Assembly: GCA_030731845.1 (NCBI GenBank)
Contig: JANQTF010000300.1
Span: 8,471 to 72,470, forward strand
Source of the DNA: Bacteroidia bacterium
GTDB lineage: Bacteria; Bacteroidota; Bacteroidia; J057
Length of the DNA: 64,000 nt
Direction of reading: 5' to 3'
How positions within the stretch are numbered: position 1 is the first letter of the stretch; every line of letters begins with the position of its first letter. The position numbers and the translations under genes are program-made. The notes beneath the pieces were generated by a model, which was not told the origin of the DNA, did no database searches, and saw only the letters and a program-made list of their open reading frames with translations. Positions 37,032-45,563 of the stretch are shown here, piece after piece.

Positions 37032-40000
37032 TTATCCAAAAATATTGGGGATGTTTGCAAGAAACAGCAGAAGGCCGATCAAGGCCGCCGTTCCAAGGGT
37101 CCACAGAGCAAAGTACTTCTTCCGATCTTCGAGGGCAGGCTCCATGGAGGTCGCGTCTGGCTTTTCTCCTTCCCACAACCACACGATTCCTCGCTTGTAC
37201 CAATTGAGCATGATGAGCAAAGAAGGAAGCGTAACCAATACGAGCAAGGTGGAAACCGCCAACCCAAAAGCGATGGTGATCGCCATAGGAATCAGGAACT
37301 GCGCCTGAAGACTTTTCTCCAAAATCAGCGGTGCCAATCCAGCGATGGTGGTGACCGAGGTCAAAACAATCGGGCGAAAGCGGCTGGAGGAAGCGTCAAA
37401 TAGCGCTTCGCGGAATGATTTCCCCTCCTTGATGAGCATATTAAATTGACTCACCAATACCAATGCATCATTGACCATGATTCCGATGAGTGCAAGCACC
37501 CCCAATCCAGATAAAATAAAGCTGAAGGGTTTGCCGAGCATCCAGTGACCGAAGAACACGCCGATCAGAGCAAATGGGATGATCGCGAGCACAGCGACGG
37601 TCTGGTTCACGGAGCGGAAAGTGAGCATGATCAGCACGACGAAAATGAGCAGTACCACCGGGCCAACCTTGGCCACAGAAGCCTGTGTCTTGGCATTGTC
37701 TCTCACCTGTCCTTCCATCGAGTAATACACGTTGGGATACAAGGCGAGTACTTCGGGAAGCAGCCGATTTTCAATTTCGGTGAGCACATCGTTGGTAGAG
37801 ACATCAGCCGAGGCGGCATCTGCCTGCACACGAATCTCGCGCTTGCCGTCGAGGTGGTTGATGGCGATCACGCCACGAGTGGGAGCGATGTTGGCGATTT
37901 CATATAGTGGATATGACTCGCCATTGGCGGTGCGGATGCGCATGTCTTCGAGGTCACCGATAGAAGCCCGGTCGGATTCGGAGTAGCGAATCCAGATTCT
38001 CACTTCGTCTTCCCCACGCTGGAGTCGCTGCACTTCGGCGCCAAAGAATCCCTGACGCACTTGCCCAACCACGGTCTGCAAATTGAGGCCAAGCATAAGG
38101 GCCTTGTCCTTGAGGGTGATGTTGAGCTCGCGCAGCCCGCTTTGGTTATTATCGACCACGTTTCTGAGGTCTGAAAACTCATTGAGGCTGTCTTTGAGGG
38201 TTTCTACGGCTTTTTCCAGTTCGCTGAGGTTGCTGGAAAAAAGTGCGATAGAGACGGCCTTGCCAAAGGGGCTAGCCAGGGTATAGCTCACTTCTTCAGC
38301 ACCGAGAATGATGCCGGCCTCTTTCTTGATGGAGTCGGCAATAGAAAGCGAAGAAGCCTGGGGCGGATATTGCTGCCTGGTTTCGCTGTCAATCAGGTTG
38401 ATGAGGATATTTCCTTCGTAGGTGGTTCCCGCCTGATTTTTGTTGACGATTTTCACAACGTCCAACCCGTCAGGGCGACGGGCTTTGAGGCGATCATTTA
38501 CCCTCCAAGCGGCATCTTCGATCTCATTCATCCATTTTCTGGTCACCTCTTCTGGGGTTCCTGCTGGCATTTTGATGTTGGCCGTGATGTAGTCCCCTTC
38601 GATTACCGGAAAAATGGTGGTTTTCAGAAGCCCACCAGTGATGAGTGAGAAGGAAATAAAGAGCAGCGCCAACGGAATCGCCAGGCCCAAGGGCGGAAAC
38701 TTGAAAATGATTCGCAGTTGGGGCTCATAGAGCTTTACCCGCATCCATTCCATGAAGTTGCTCAGCACGGTCTGGATTTTATCTACGATGGTATTGGTCT
38801 TGTTTTCCTCGCGGGTAAGTGCCTTGGAGTGCGCTACGTGTGCAGGCAAAATCAACGCTCCCTCTAACAGGGAAAAACCTAGTGTGAGAATAACGACAAG
38901 CGCCACATCCTTGAAAAAGTCTCCGGTGATCCCGTCAAGGAAAAAGAACATCCCGAAAGCAACCATGGTGGTGAGAATCGCAGAAGTCACGGCTGGAAGC
39001 ACTTCCATGGTGCCGTCTATCGCTGCTTCAATCGGGTCTTTGCCCCTTTCCCAATGAGAAAAAATATTTTCGCTGATCACGATCCCGTCATCCACAAGAA
39101 TACCAATCACGAGGATCATGCCGAAGAGCGACAAAACGTTGATCTGTAGCCCAACCATTGCGCCTATCATAAACATCCCAGCAAACGAAACTGGAATGGC
39201 CAGGGCAACCCAAAAAGCGAGGCGCAACTGAAGAAACATAGCCAGCAAAACCACCACGAGAACCATACCGATCAGGCCATTGGCGCTGAGCAGGTCGATC
39301 CGCTGACGCAGCAGGATAGATCCATCGTTGATAACGGTAGCCTGCACATCGGCGTGAGATTCGTTGAATTCTGCGACATAGGTGTTTACCTTATCGGCGA
39401 TGGTGAGGAGGTCTTCATCAATGGTGTTACTCACACTGATCGAAACAGAGGGATTGCCATTGACGGTAGATCCGCTGGGGTTGTCGGCAAACTGATCGCG
39501 CACCTCGGCAATCTGGTAGAGATATACCTGCCGACCGTCGGGCTTAGTGGCTATCACGAGATCGCGAATGGCACTGGCATAATACTCTTTGGAGCGGGTT
39601 CTGATCAGGATTTCTTCGTCTTCTCCTTTGATGGTGCCACCGGTGAGCTCGAGGTTGGCGCTGGCTACAGCTCTGCTTACCTGATCAAAGGTAATGTCAA
39701 AGGTGCGGAGGTCATTTTCTTTCACGCGAATCTCGATTTCCTCATCCGGAAAGCCACTGAGGCTAACTTTGGAAATACCCGGCTGCCCGAGCAGATCAGA
39801 CTCTACCGAGCGGGCGTATCGCTTGAGTGTTTTGAGGTCCACATCGCCACTAATGGCAAAGTTGAGTGCTACGGTGAGAAACTCCTGCTTGAACACAACG
39901 GGCGGCTCAAGGTTGGCGGGAAAAGAGTTGATCTGATCCACGGCGTTTTTCACATCCTGTAGCAGGAGGTCAATGTCGTATCCACGCTTGATCTCAACGG

Positions 40001-40277
40001 TGACCACTCCCGAGTTTTCCCGCGATACAGATGATACGCGGTCTATGCCCGTGAGGCCTTTGAGATTGTCCTCAATCTTGTTGATAACCCCTTCTTCGAT
40101 TTCCTCGGGTGAGGCACCAGGGTACACAAGCTGCACAGCCAGGAGTTTGGTTTCTGTTTCAGGAAAGAAGGTGCTCTTCATGTTGTTGAGCCCCAGGAAT
40201 CCCAAAATCAAGATAACCACCATCAAGATATTCCCGGTGATGGGGTATTTGATGAAATAGGTAATGAGTTGTTTCAT
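37032..40277 (-). CDS. RND-family efflux transporter permease (AcrB/HAE1-like)
   Basis: 1081 aa. MKQLITYFIKYPITGNILMVVILILG N-terminus and 12-TM pseudo-repeat topology with two large periplasmic loops. Confidence 0.95.
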   Translation of the reverse strand: MKQLITYFIKYPITGNILMVVILILGFLGLNNMKSTFFPETETKLLAVQLVYPGASPEEIEEGVINKIEDNLKGLTGIDRVSSVSRENSGVVTVEIKRGYDIDLLLQDVKNAVDQINSFPANLEPPVVFKQEFLTVALNFAISGDVDLKTLKRYARSVESDLLGQPGISKVSLSGFPDEEIEIRVKENDLRTFDITFDQVSRAVASANLELTGGTIKGEDEEILIRTRSKEYYASAIRDLVIATKPDGRQVYLYQIAEVRDQFADNPSGSTVNGNPSVSISVSNTIDEDLLTIADKVNTYVAEFNESHADVQATVINDGSILLRQRIDLLSANGLIGMVLVVVLLAMFLQLRLAFWVALAIPVSFAGMFMIGAMVGLQINVLSLFGMILVIGILVDDGIVISENIFSHWERGKDPIEAAIDGTMEVLPAVTSAILTTMVAFGMFFFLDGITGDFFKDVALVVILTLGFSLLEGALILPAHVAHSKALTREENKTNTIVDKIQTVLSNFMEWMRVKLYEPQLRIIFKFPPLGLAIPLALLFISFSLITGGLLKTTIFPVIEGDYITANIKMPAGTPEEVTRKWMNEIEDAAWRVNDRLKARRPDGLDVVKIVNKNQAGTTYEGNILINLIDSETRQQYPPQASSLSIADSIKKEAGIILGAEEVSYTLASPFGKAVSIALFSSNLSELEKAVETLKDSLNEFSDLRNVVDNNQSGLRELNITLKDKALMLGLNLQTVVGQVRQGFFGAEVQRLQRGEDEVRIWIRYSESDRASIGDLEDMRIRTANGESYPLYEIANIAPTRGVIAINHLDGKREIRVQADAASADVSTNDVLTEIENRLLPEVLALYPNVYYSMEGQVRDNAKTQASVAKVGPVVLLIFVVLIMLTFRSVNQTVAVLAIIPFALIGVFFGHWMLGKPFSFILSGLGVLALIGIMVNDALVLVSQFNMLIKEGKSFREALFDASSSRFRPIVLTSVTTIAGLAPLILEKSLQAQFLIPMAITIAFGLAVSTLLVLVTLPSLLIMLNWYKRGIVWLWEGEKPDATSMEPALEDRKKYFALWTLGTAALIGLLLFLANIPNIFG

Positions 40278-40298
40278 TCTAAGATGGGTTGTTTCGGG

Positions 40299-41465
40299 CT
40301 ATTCGGCTTCAAAAACAGAGACTGACATGCCATCATAGGCATTCGGAATGGCCTGATTGACCAACCATGCACGATCTTGCAAACCGCGCACAAGCACAAT
40401 GTCATCGGAGTACTGAATGGGCTCCACCGATACTTGCTTGAGGGTAGCCCCCTGCAAAAACTTCTCGGAATCGGAAGACGAGGTGGCCGCATCAGAAGGC
40501 ATGGCCACAAACACGCTGTTGTCATCCATCAGCAGTTTGCGGTCGATGGCAAACACATCCTTGAGCGCTGCTCCGGCTACGGTACCATTGAGGTACATTC
40601 CCTCCTTGAGGCCATTGCCACTCACACCGATAAACACGCGAATGGTCTGCGTTTGCGGGTCAATGACATCAGAGATTCTGAGGACTTTTCCGGACCATTT
40701 GCCGCCGATATCGTCAGAACGGAGATCTACCTGACTGCCAATGGCGAGATAGGGAAGGTCACGGAGAGAGACAGAAGCTTCCACTTCATAGGAGTTGGTG
40801 TTAAAAAACTCTCCGAGCTTTTGCCCAACTCTCACGAGGGTTCCCTCTGTGATGTTGCTTTGAGATACCTTGCCACTGAAAGGGGCATAAATAAAGTACT
40901 TGGCCTGCCGGGCCTCTTGGCTCCTGATGGAGTAAAAGAGGTTATAGATGTTTTTGGCCGTGAGGAAATAGCGCTCTTTGTCTGTAGCAGGAGTCGGCAT
41001 TTCGGGGAGCGCCTTGTCGAGGTCAATGCTATCGAGATAAGCAATCCATCGGGGGAAACTCTCAGGATAATCTGACTTCAGATCAGGAAGCAACACCGTG
41101 ATTTGATTCATCAGAGAACTCTTTTGCGCCCTTAGGTTCATGGCAAACTCGCGGTCGGCCATGTTGATGAGCACTTGTCCTTTGTTGAAATAGACCCCTT
41201 CTTTGAACGGCTTGCCACCACTACGGTAGGTGCCACCCACTTCAGAGAAAATTTCAACTTTGTCACGTGCTACGAGCCTGCCATTCACCTCCACATTGGC
41301 AGGATAGGTGCCGTTTTTCACGGGCAGATAGGATACCTGTGTCACAGAAGCGATAGCGGGTAGCTTGGGTGCAGGTTGCTTCTGCGAAGAAACCCTGCTC
41401 GAGATCCCGATGCCTCCGGCGACGATCAGGAGAAATAATACGAGCGAAACGATTGCCGATCTCAT
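40299..41465 (-). CDS. RND efflux periplasmic adaptor (membrane fusion protein)
   Basis: N-terminal anchor, lipoyl-like and beta-barrel blocks (APFSGKVSQSNITEGTLVRVGQKLGEF). Position is immediately upstream of the RND pump gene. Confidence 0.85.
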   Translation of the reverse strand: MRSAIVSLVLFLLIVAGGIGISSRVSSQKQPAPKLPAIASVTQVSYLPVKNGTYPANVEVNGRLVARDKVEIFSEVGGTYRSGGKPFKEGVYFNKGQVLINMADREFAMNLRAQKSSLMNQITVLLPDLKSDYPESFPRWIAYLDSIDLDKALPEMPTPATDKERYFLTAKNIYNLFYSIRSQEARQAKYFIYAPFSGKVSQSNITEGTLVRVGQKLGEFFNTNSYEVEASVSLRDLPYLAIGSQVDLRSDDIGGKWSGKVLRISDVIDPQTQTIRVFIGVSGNGLKEGMYLNGTVAGAALKDVFAIDRKLLMDDNSVFVAMPSDAATSSSDSEKFLQGATLKQVSVEPIQYSDDIVLVRGLQDRAWLVNQAIPNAYDGMSVSVFEAE

Positions 41466-41519
41466 GTATAAAGTAATTGCGTTGAAGGTTCGGTTACAGT
41501 TGTAACTATATGAAAAACA

Positions 41520-41972
41520 CTATAAGTGCTGCTTTACATTTGTCAATATCCTACGTAAGATGCCCTGACACTGGGCCAGTTCTTCCTCTGGAATGTCTGC
41601 GAGGGCTTCCCGATGCGTTTCCTGTGCCATAGGCATCAGCGTGGCTTCGAGTTCTTTTCCTGCTTTGGTGAGGTAAATGAGTTTGTTCCTGCGGTCGTTC
41701 TGATCAGGAACGCGCAAGACGTAATTTAGCTCTTCCAGATTGTCGATGGCGCGGGTTACGGCGGTTTTGTGCCGCCCAGCGATCTGGCCAAGCTTGGCCT
41801 GATTTTGCCCATCTTCCTGCCAGAGGTGAACAAGCACAATCCAATGCTCCATGTTCATCTCATATCCCGCATTTCGCATTCGCTCGGTAAGAGATTTGGC
41901 CATGGCTTTTCCAATCATCCCGATAAGGCTGGCGAAGGATCGGCTCGGTGTAAAGGATGTATTTTGCTCCAT
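41520..41972 (-). CDS. MarR-family transcriptional regulator of the efflux operon
   Basis: Start at MEQNTSF (cat 41970-41972). WIVLVHLWQEDGQNQAKLGQIAGRHKTAVTRAIDNLEELNYVLRVPDQNDRRNKLIYLTKAG is a canonical MarR wHTH. Confidence 0.85.
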   Translation of the reverse strand: MEQNTSFTPSRSFASLIGMIGKAMAKSLTERMRNAGYEMNMEHWIVLVHLWQEDGQNQAKLGQIAGRHKTAVTRAIDNLEELNYVLRVPDQNDRRNKLIYLTKAGKELEATLMPMAQETHREALADIPEEELAQCQGILRRILTNVKQHL

Positions 41973-42040
41973 TTTTTGGTTACGAGCGTAACTAACGGGC
42001 GAACATCGTAAAAGTTTACCAGAAATGAATAAATTTCTGT

Positions 42041-42070
42041 TAAATAAAAACCCCGTGACAATGTCACGGG
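42041..42070 (-). terminator. Minus-strand intrinsic terminator ~395 nt downstream of the NlpC/P60 gene stop
   Basis: CCCCGTGAC / GTCACGGGG stem (42050-42070). On the minus strand it is followed by TTTTTATTT. Confidence 0.65.
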
Positions 42071-42464
42071 GTTTGTCTATGAGGAACCTGCACAAACACC
42101 AGAGGTTAATGAAACCCCAAGTAAGACATGGATGAAGACGCCAGAGCATCTCGGTAATCCGCTTTGCCAGTAAACTGAACGCTCCCGAAGGAGTGCGGCC
42201 CGCCCTCGATCTTCCGAGCTTATCTCCAAAGGTTAATAACTGTAAGTTTCAAAAACAGCTGTTGGTGCCTATGCAGGAAGTCTTATGCTAATCTGATGAT
42301 GTTGTAACGGTAAAGGAGCTGGATTGTTGAAAAATGATGGGAAATATGAACCAACGCTCAATTCCCCGACAACGATTTCTCCTCCGCTGCTTTTCTTCTC
42401 ACAGAATCAGAAGCAAGGTACATCATCCTCTCCATAAGGTCAATCATGAGCTCTTGCATTCTTC

Positions 42465-42917
42465 TTACATTCTACGAACCGAGACAAAGCGATCTCGATA
42501 ATACTGCAACTGAAATATCTTTTCTTTCACAACGCCCCTGCGGCAGGCGTGAACCACAATCACCTCCTGGCCAGCTTCTGCCACCACAATGCCTACATGC
42601 CCGATGCTTGCACTGTTTCTTCCTTTAAAAAAAATCAAATCCCCGGGCAGTGTTTCTTCCAGCTCTACTTTTTCCCCTTGTAGTGCCTGAGAGCGGCTAT
42701 CTCGTGGAATGCTGAGCCCAGCCAGCTCAAACACGTAGCTCGTGAGCCCGGAGCAATCGAAGCCCTCGGGGCTTCTGCCCGCTGTGCGATAGCGAGAACC
42801 AACCAGAGATTCGGCAATCTCCACAACGGTCCCCTCTGCCTGCACATGATCACTGGGCGACCAAACCCAGCTAATCAAGATCATCGCAGCTACTCCCCAT
42901 GCAACTTTATATTTCAT
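42465..42917 (-). CDS. NlpC/P60 (C40) cell-wall peptidase
   Basis: GFDCSGLTSYVF (catalytic Cys) and IGHVGIVV (His). Signal-anchor MKYKVAWGVAAMILISWVW. Confidence 0.85.
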   Translation of the reverse strand: MKYKVAWGVAAMILISWVWSPSDHVQAEGTVVEIAESLVGSRYRTAGRSPEGFDCSGLTSYVFELAGLSIPRDSRSQALQGEKVELEETLPGDLIFFKGRNSASIGHVGIVVAEAGQEVIVVHACRRGVVKEKIFQLQYYRDRFVSVRRM

Positions 42918-43056
42918 ATTCCGCTTTCTCTTACCTGTAACGATGACATAGTGACTCCCATTATAAGGAATCGTCACACATGACGATTTCCCACCTTCAT
43001 TTGGCAGATTTTGTATCTTCCTGTTTAGCTACCAACGCTTACATAAACCTATAACA

Positions 43057-43560
43057 ATGTTTAACACGATGAAAGGGACCAATCTGTTCACCCTCGCGAG
43101 GATATGCGTCCTCACCCTTATGGTGGGGCTTCTGCCTCTGGGGCTATCGGCTCAACAAGCCGACGGCTGCATTGGATTTTGGAAAACCGTGGATGACGAA
43201 ACCAAAGAAGTCAAATCTGTTGTCCAGATCTACAAATCCGGCAATAAGTATCAAGGCAAAGTAGTCAAGCTCTATCGATTGCCGGGAGAAGACCCCAATC
43301 CCATCTGTGATCTCTGCGACGAGGACGATTCCCGCTATAACAAGCCCGTGCTGGGCATGGTTGTTTTGACTGATCTGGAGTGGGATGCCAGCGACAATGA
43401 ATGGGACGATGGCGAGATCCTTGACCCCCAAAACGGCAGTGTGTATGACTGCTATATCACCCTCGAAGGCAAAGACAAGATGAAAGTGCGGGGTTTCCTC
43501 GGGCTTTCCTTATTGGGTCGCACCCAGTATTGGTATCGGGTAGAAGATCCCAACAAATAA
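43057..43560 (+). CDS. DUF2147-domain secreted protein
   Basis: GFWKTVDDETKEVKSVVQIY...GKVVKL...ILDPQNGSVYDCYITLEGKDKMKVRGFLG...GRTQYWYRV matches the DUF2147 pattern. Confidence 0.75.
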   Translation: MFNTMKGTNLFTLARICVLTLMVGLLPLGLSAQQADGCIGFWKTVDDETKEVKSVVQIYKSGNKYQGKVVKLYRLPGEDPNPICDLCDEDDSRYNKPVLGMVVLTDLEWDASDNEWDDGEILDPQNGSVYDCYITLEGKDKMKVRGFLGLSLLGRTQYWYRVEDPNK

Positions 43561-43727
43561 TCAAAGAATCATCCTTCCCCTTCTTATCTGGCCTTATGTT
43601 ATGAGGGAGAAAGCAGGTTGTATTCTCGATTTTCCTAACACCGCGCCAGAGGAGATTCTCCTTCGGCGTGGTTGTTTTCTAAAAAACTTGTATTGACTTT
43701 TGCCTCATAGCTCCGTAGATAGTACTG

Positions 43728-44381
43728 ATGGAGAACAAGCAGCTGTATGTGTTCGATTTTGATGGAACCATCGCCGATTCGGTGCCGGCTGCCCTCCGCA
43801 TTATCAATGATCTCGGGGCAGAATATCGTCTCCCAAAAGTAGATCCGCAGATCATCGCAGAGCTCAAACACAAGAGCATCAAAGAGCTGCTCCACATGTC
43901 GGGCCTTACCTGGGTTCAGATTCCCGGCTTTCTACGCAAAGCCAGGCTTGGGTTTAGGAAAATGATCGACGACGTCAAGCCCATCGAGGGAATGCCAGCG
44001 CTTATTCATCATCTTGTAGAATCCAATGCCAGGCTCGGTATCCTTACTTCCAATCGCGAAGACAATGTCAGGGATTTTTTACAGAAGCACGATCTCGAGC
44101 AATTTGATTTCGTAGAATGTTCCACCTCCCTATTCGGAAAAGCCAACAAACTTCGTAGAATCAAGAGAATGACAGGCATTCCTTTTCAGTCCATGGCGAT
44201 GATCGGAGATGAAGTGCGAGACGTAGAGGCAGCAAAAAAAGTCGGCGTCACCTCTGTTGCAGTTACCTGGGGATTTAATTCCCCTGAGCTACTGCAAACC
44301 AGTCACCCCGACCACCTTGTATCCTCCACAGAGGGCCTCGATCATCTGCTGCGCTTCTCTTCCAGTGCTGGCGCGAGATAG
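43728..44381 (+). CDS. HAD-superfamily hydrolase (phosphoglycolate-phosphatase-like)
   Basis: LYVFDFDGTIADS (motif I), ILTSN (motif II) and IGDEVRDVEAA (motif IV). Confidence 0.8.
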   Translation: MENKQLYVFDFDGTIADSVPAALRIINDLGAEYRLPKVDPQIIAELKHKSIKELLHMSGLTWVQIPGFLRKARLGFRKMIDDVKPIEGMPALIHHLVESNARLGILTSNREDNVRDFLQKHDLEQFDFVECSTSLFGKANKLRRIKRMTGIPFQSMAMIGDEVRDVEAAKKVGVTSVAVTWGFNSPELLQTSHPDHLVSSTEGLDHLLRFSSSAGAR

Positions 44382-45337
44382 GCGCCATTCTGCTTGAGTT
44401 GATCCAGCATATCCACGACCATCTCGGGCAGAGAATAAGATTCCTGCCAGCCCCAGTCCTCTCTAGCCGCCGAGTCGTCGATGGAGCCGGGCCAACTGTC
44501 GGCTATTTTTTGTCGAAAGTCGGGCAGATAGGTCATCTCAAAATCGGGCAGGAGCCGCTTGATTTCGGCATAGATCTCCTCTGGCGCAAAGCTCATTCCA
44601 CTCAGGTTATACGAAGACCGATTTTTGATCAACGTGCCAGGCGCCTCCATCAGTGAAATTGTAGCTTTGATCGCATCTGGCATATACATCATCGGCAGAC
44701 GTGTGCCCACTTGCAGAAAACAGCGATATGCCTCGCCACGCAGCGCATGATGAAAAATATCGACCGCATAGTCAGTGGTGCCGCCACCGGGCTTGCCACG
44801 GTAGCTGATCAGGCCGGGATATCGAATGCTGCGAACGTCCACGCCATATTTTTCAAAATAATATTCACACCATCGCTCTCCTGCCTGCTTGGAGATGCCA
44901 TAAACCGTATTCGGCTCCATCACGGTTCGCTGAGGCGTGTTTTCCTTGGGAGAAGTAGGGCCAAAAACAGCAATGGAGCTTGGCCAAAACAGGCGTTGGG
45001 CCTCGGTGTGCCTTACTGTTTCCAGGCTATTCATCAGGCTCTCCATGTTGATTTTCCAGGCCATCTGCGGATCCTGCTCTCCTTTGGCAGAGAGAATCGC
45101 GGCAAGGTTATAAATGGTATGGACCTTGTGTTGGCGCACCGCTTCCATCTGAGCTTCGCGGTCAAGCGCATCGAGCATCAGATATGGTCCGCTGCCATGA
45201 GCTGGCGCCGGGCGAATGTCGGCGGCAATGACCTTGTCGCTTCCGTATCGGAGGCGAAGGGCATGTACCAGATCACTACCGATCTGGCCTAATGCGCCGA
45301 TCACCAGGATCGTGCCGGTAGAAGATTGATTATCCAT
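44342..45337 (-). CDS. NAD-dependent epimerase/dehydratase-family enzyme, L-threonine 3-dehydrogenase-like (extended SDR)
   Basis: ILVIGALGQIGSDLVHALRLRYGSDKVIAADIR Rossmann motif and YGISK (YxxxK). The TDH subtype is my inference from the N-terminal pattern only. Confidence 0.7.
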   Translation of the reverse strand: MDNQSSTGTILVIGALGQIGSDLVHALRLRYGSDKVIAADIRPAPAHGSGPYLMLDALDREAQMEAVRQHKVHTIYNLAAILSAKGEQDPQMAWKINMESLMNSLETVRHTEAQRLFWPSSIAVFGPTSPKENTPQRTVMEPNTVYGISKQAGERWCEYYFEKYGVDVRSIRYPGLISYRGKPGGGTTDYAVDIFHHALRGEAYRCFLQVGTRLPMMYMPDAIKATISLMEAPGTLIKNRSSYNLSGMSFAPEEIYAEIKRLLPDFEMTYLPDFRQKIADSWPGSIDDSAAREDWGWQESYSLPEMVVDMLDQLKQNGAYLAPALEEKRSR

Positions 45338-45563
45338 GTGGGCGGGATTTCTCGTGGGCGATTTAACCCGAAATCTGGTCTATATTCTTTAGAAATACAA
45401 CCAGATTTTTCCCACAGTCGGTCAATGGCACACCTGGGTGCGAAACTTATTCCCATTCCTCTTTCCCTTCCTTAGCCTTGGGTGTGAAAGAGTCAAGGCA
45501 TAGTTGTATTTTGAAAAAACAAATTATCCACGACTTTTATGATTCAGTTTCAGCAAGTTATTT

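Noticed and set aside
35654-41972. The MarR-MFP-RND-TolC cluster as something unusual
   Set aside because: It is a standard tripartite efflux operon with its cognate repressor. Nothing is atypical in order, spacing or motifs.
42071-42464. RNase P RNA, tmRNA, SRP RNA or 6S RNA in the non-coding gap
   Set aside because: I checked both strands by eye. There is no GAGGAAAGUCC-type P4 motif, no tRNA-like end or tag ORF ending in ALAA, no GGAAGCAGCC SRP domain IV motif, and the ends do not pair into a long 6S-like rod.
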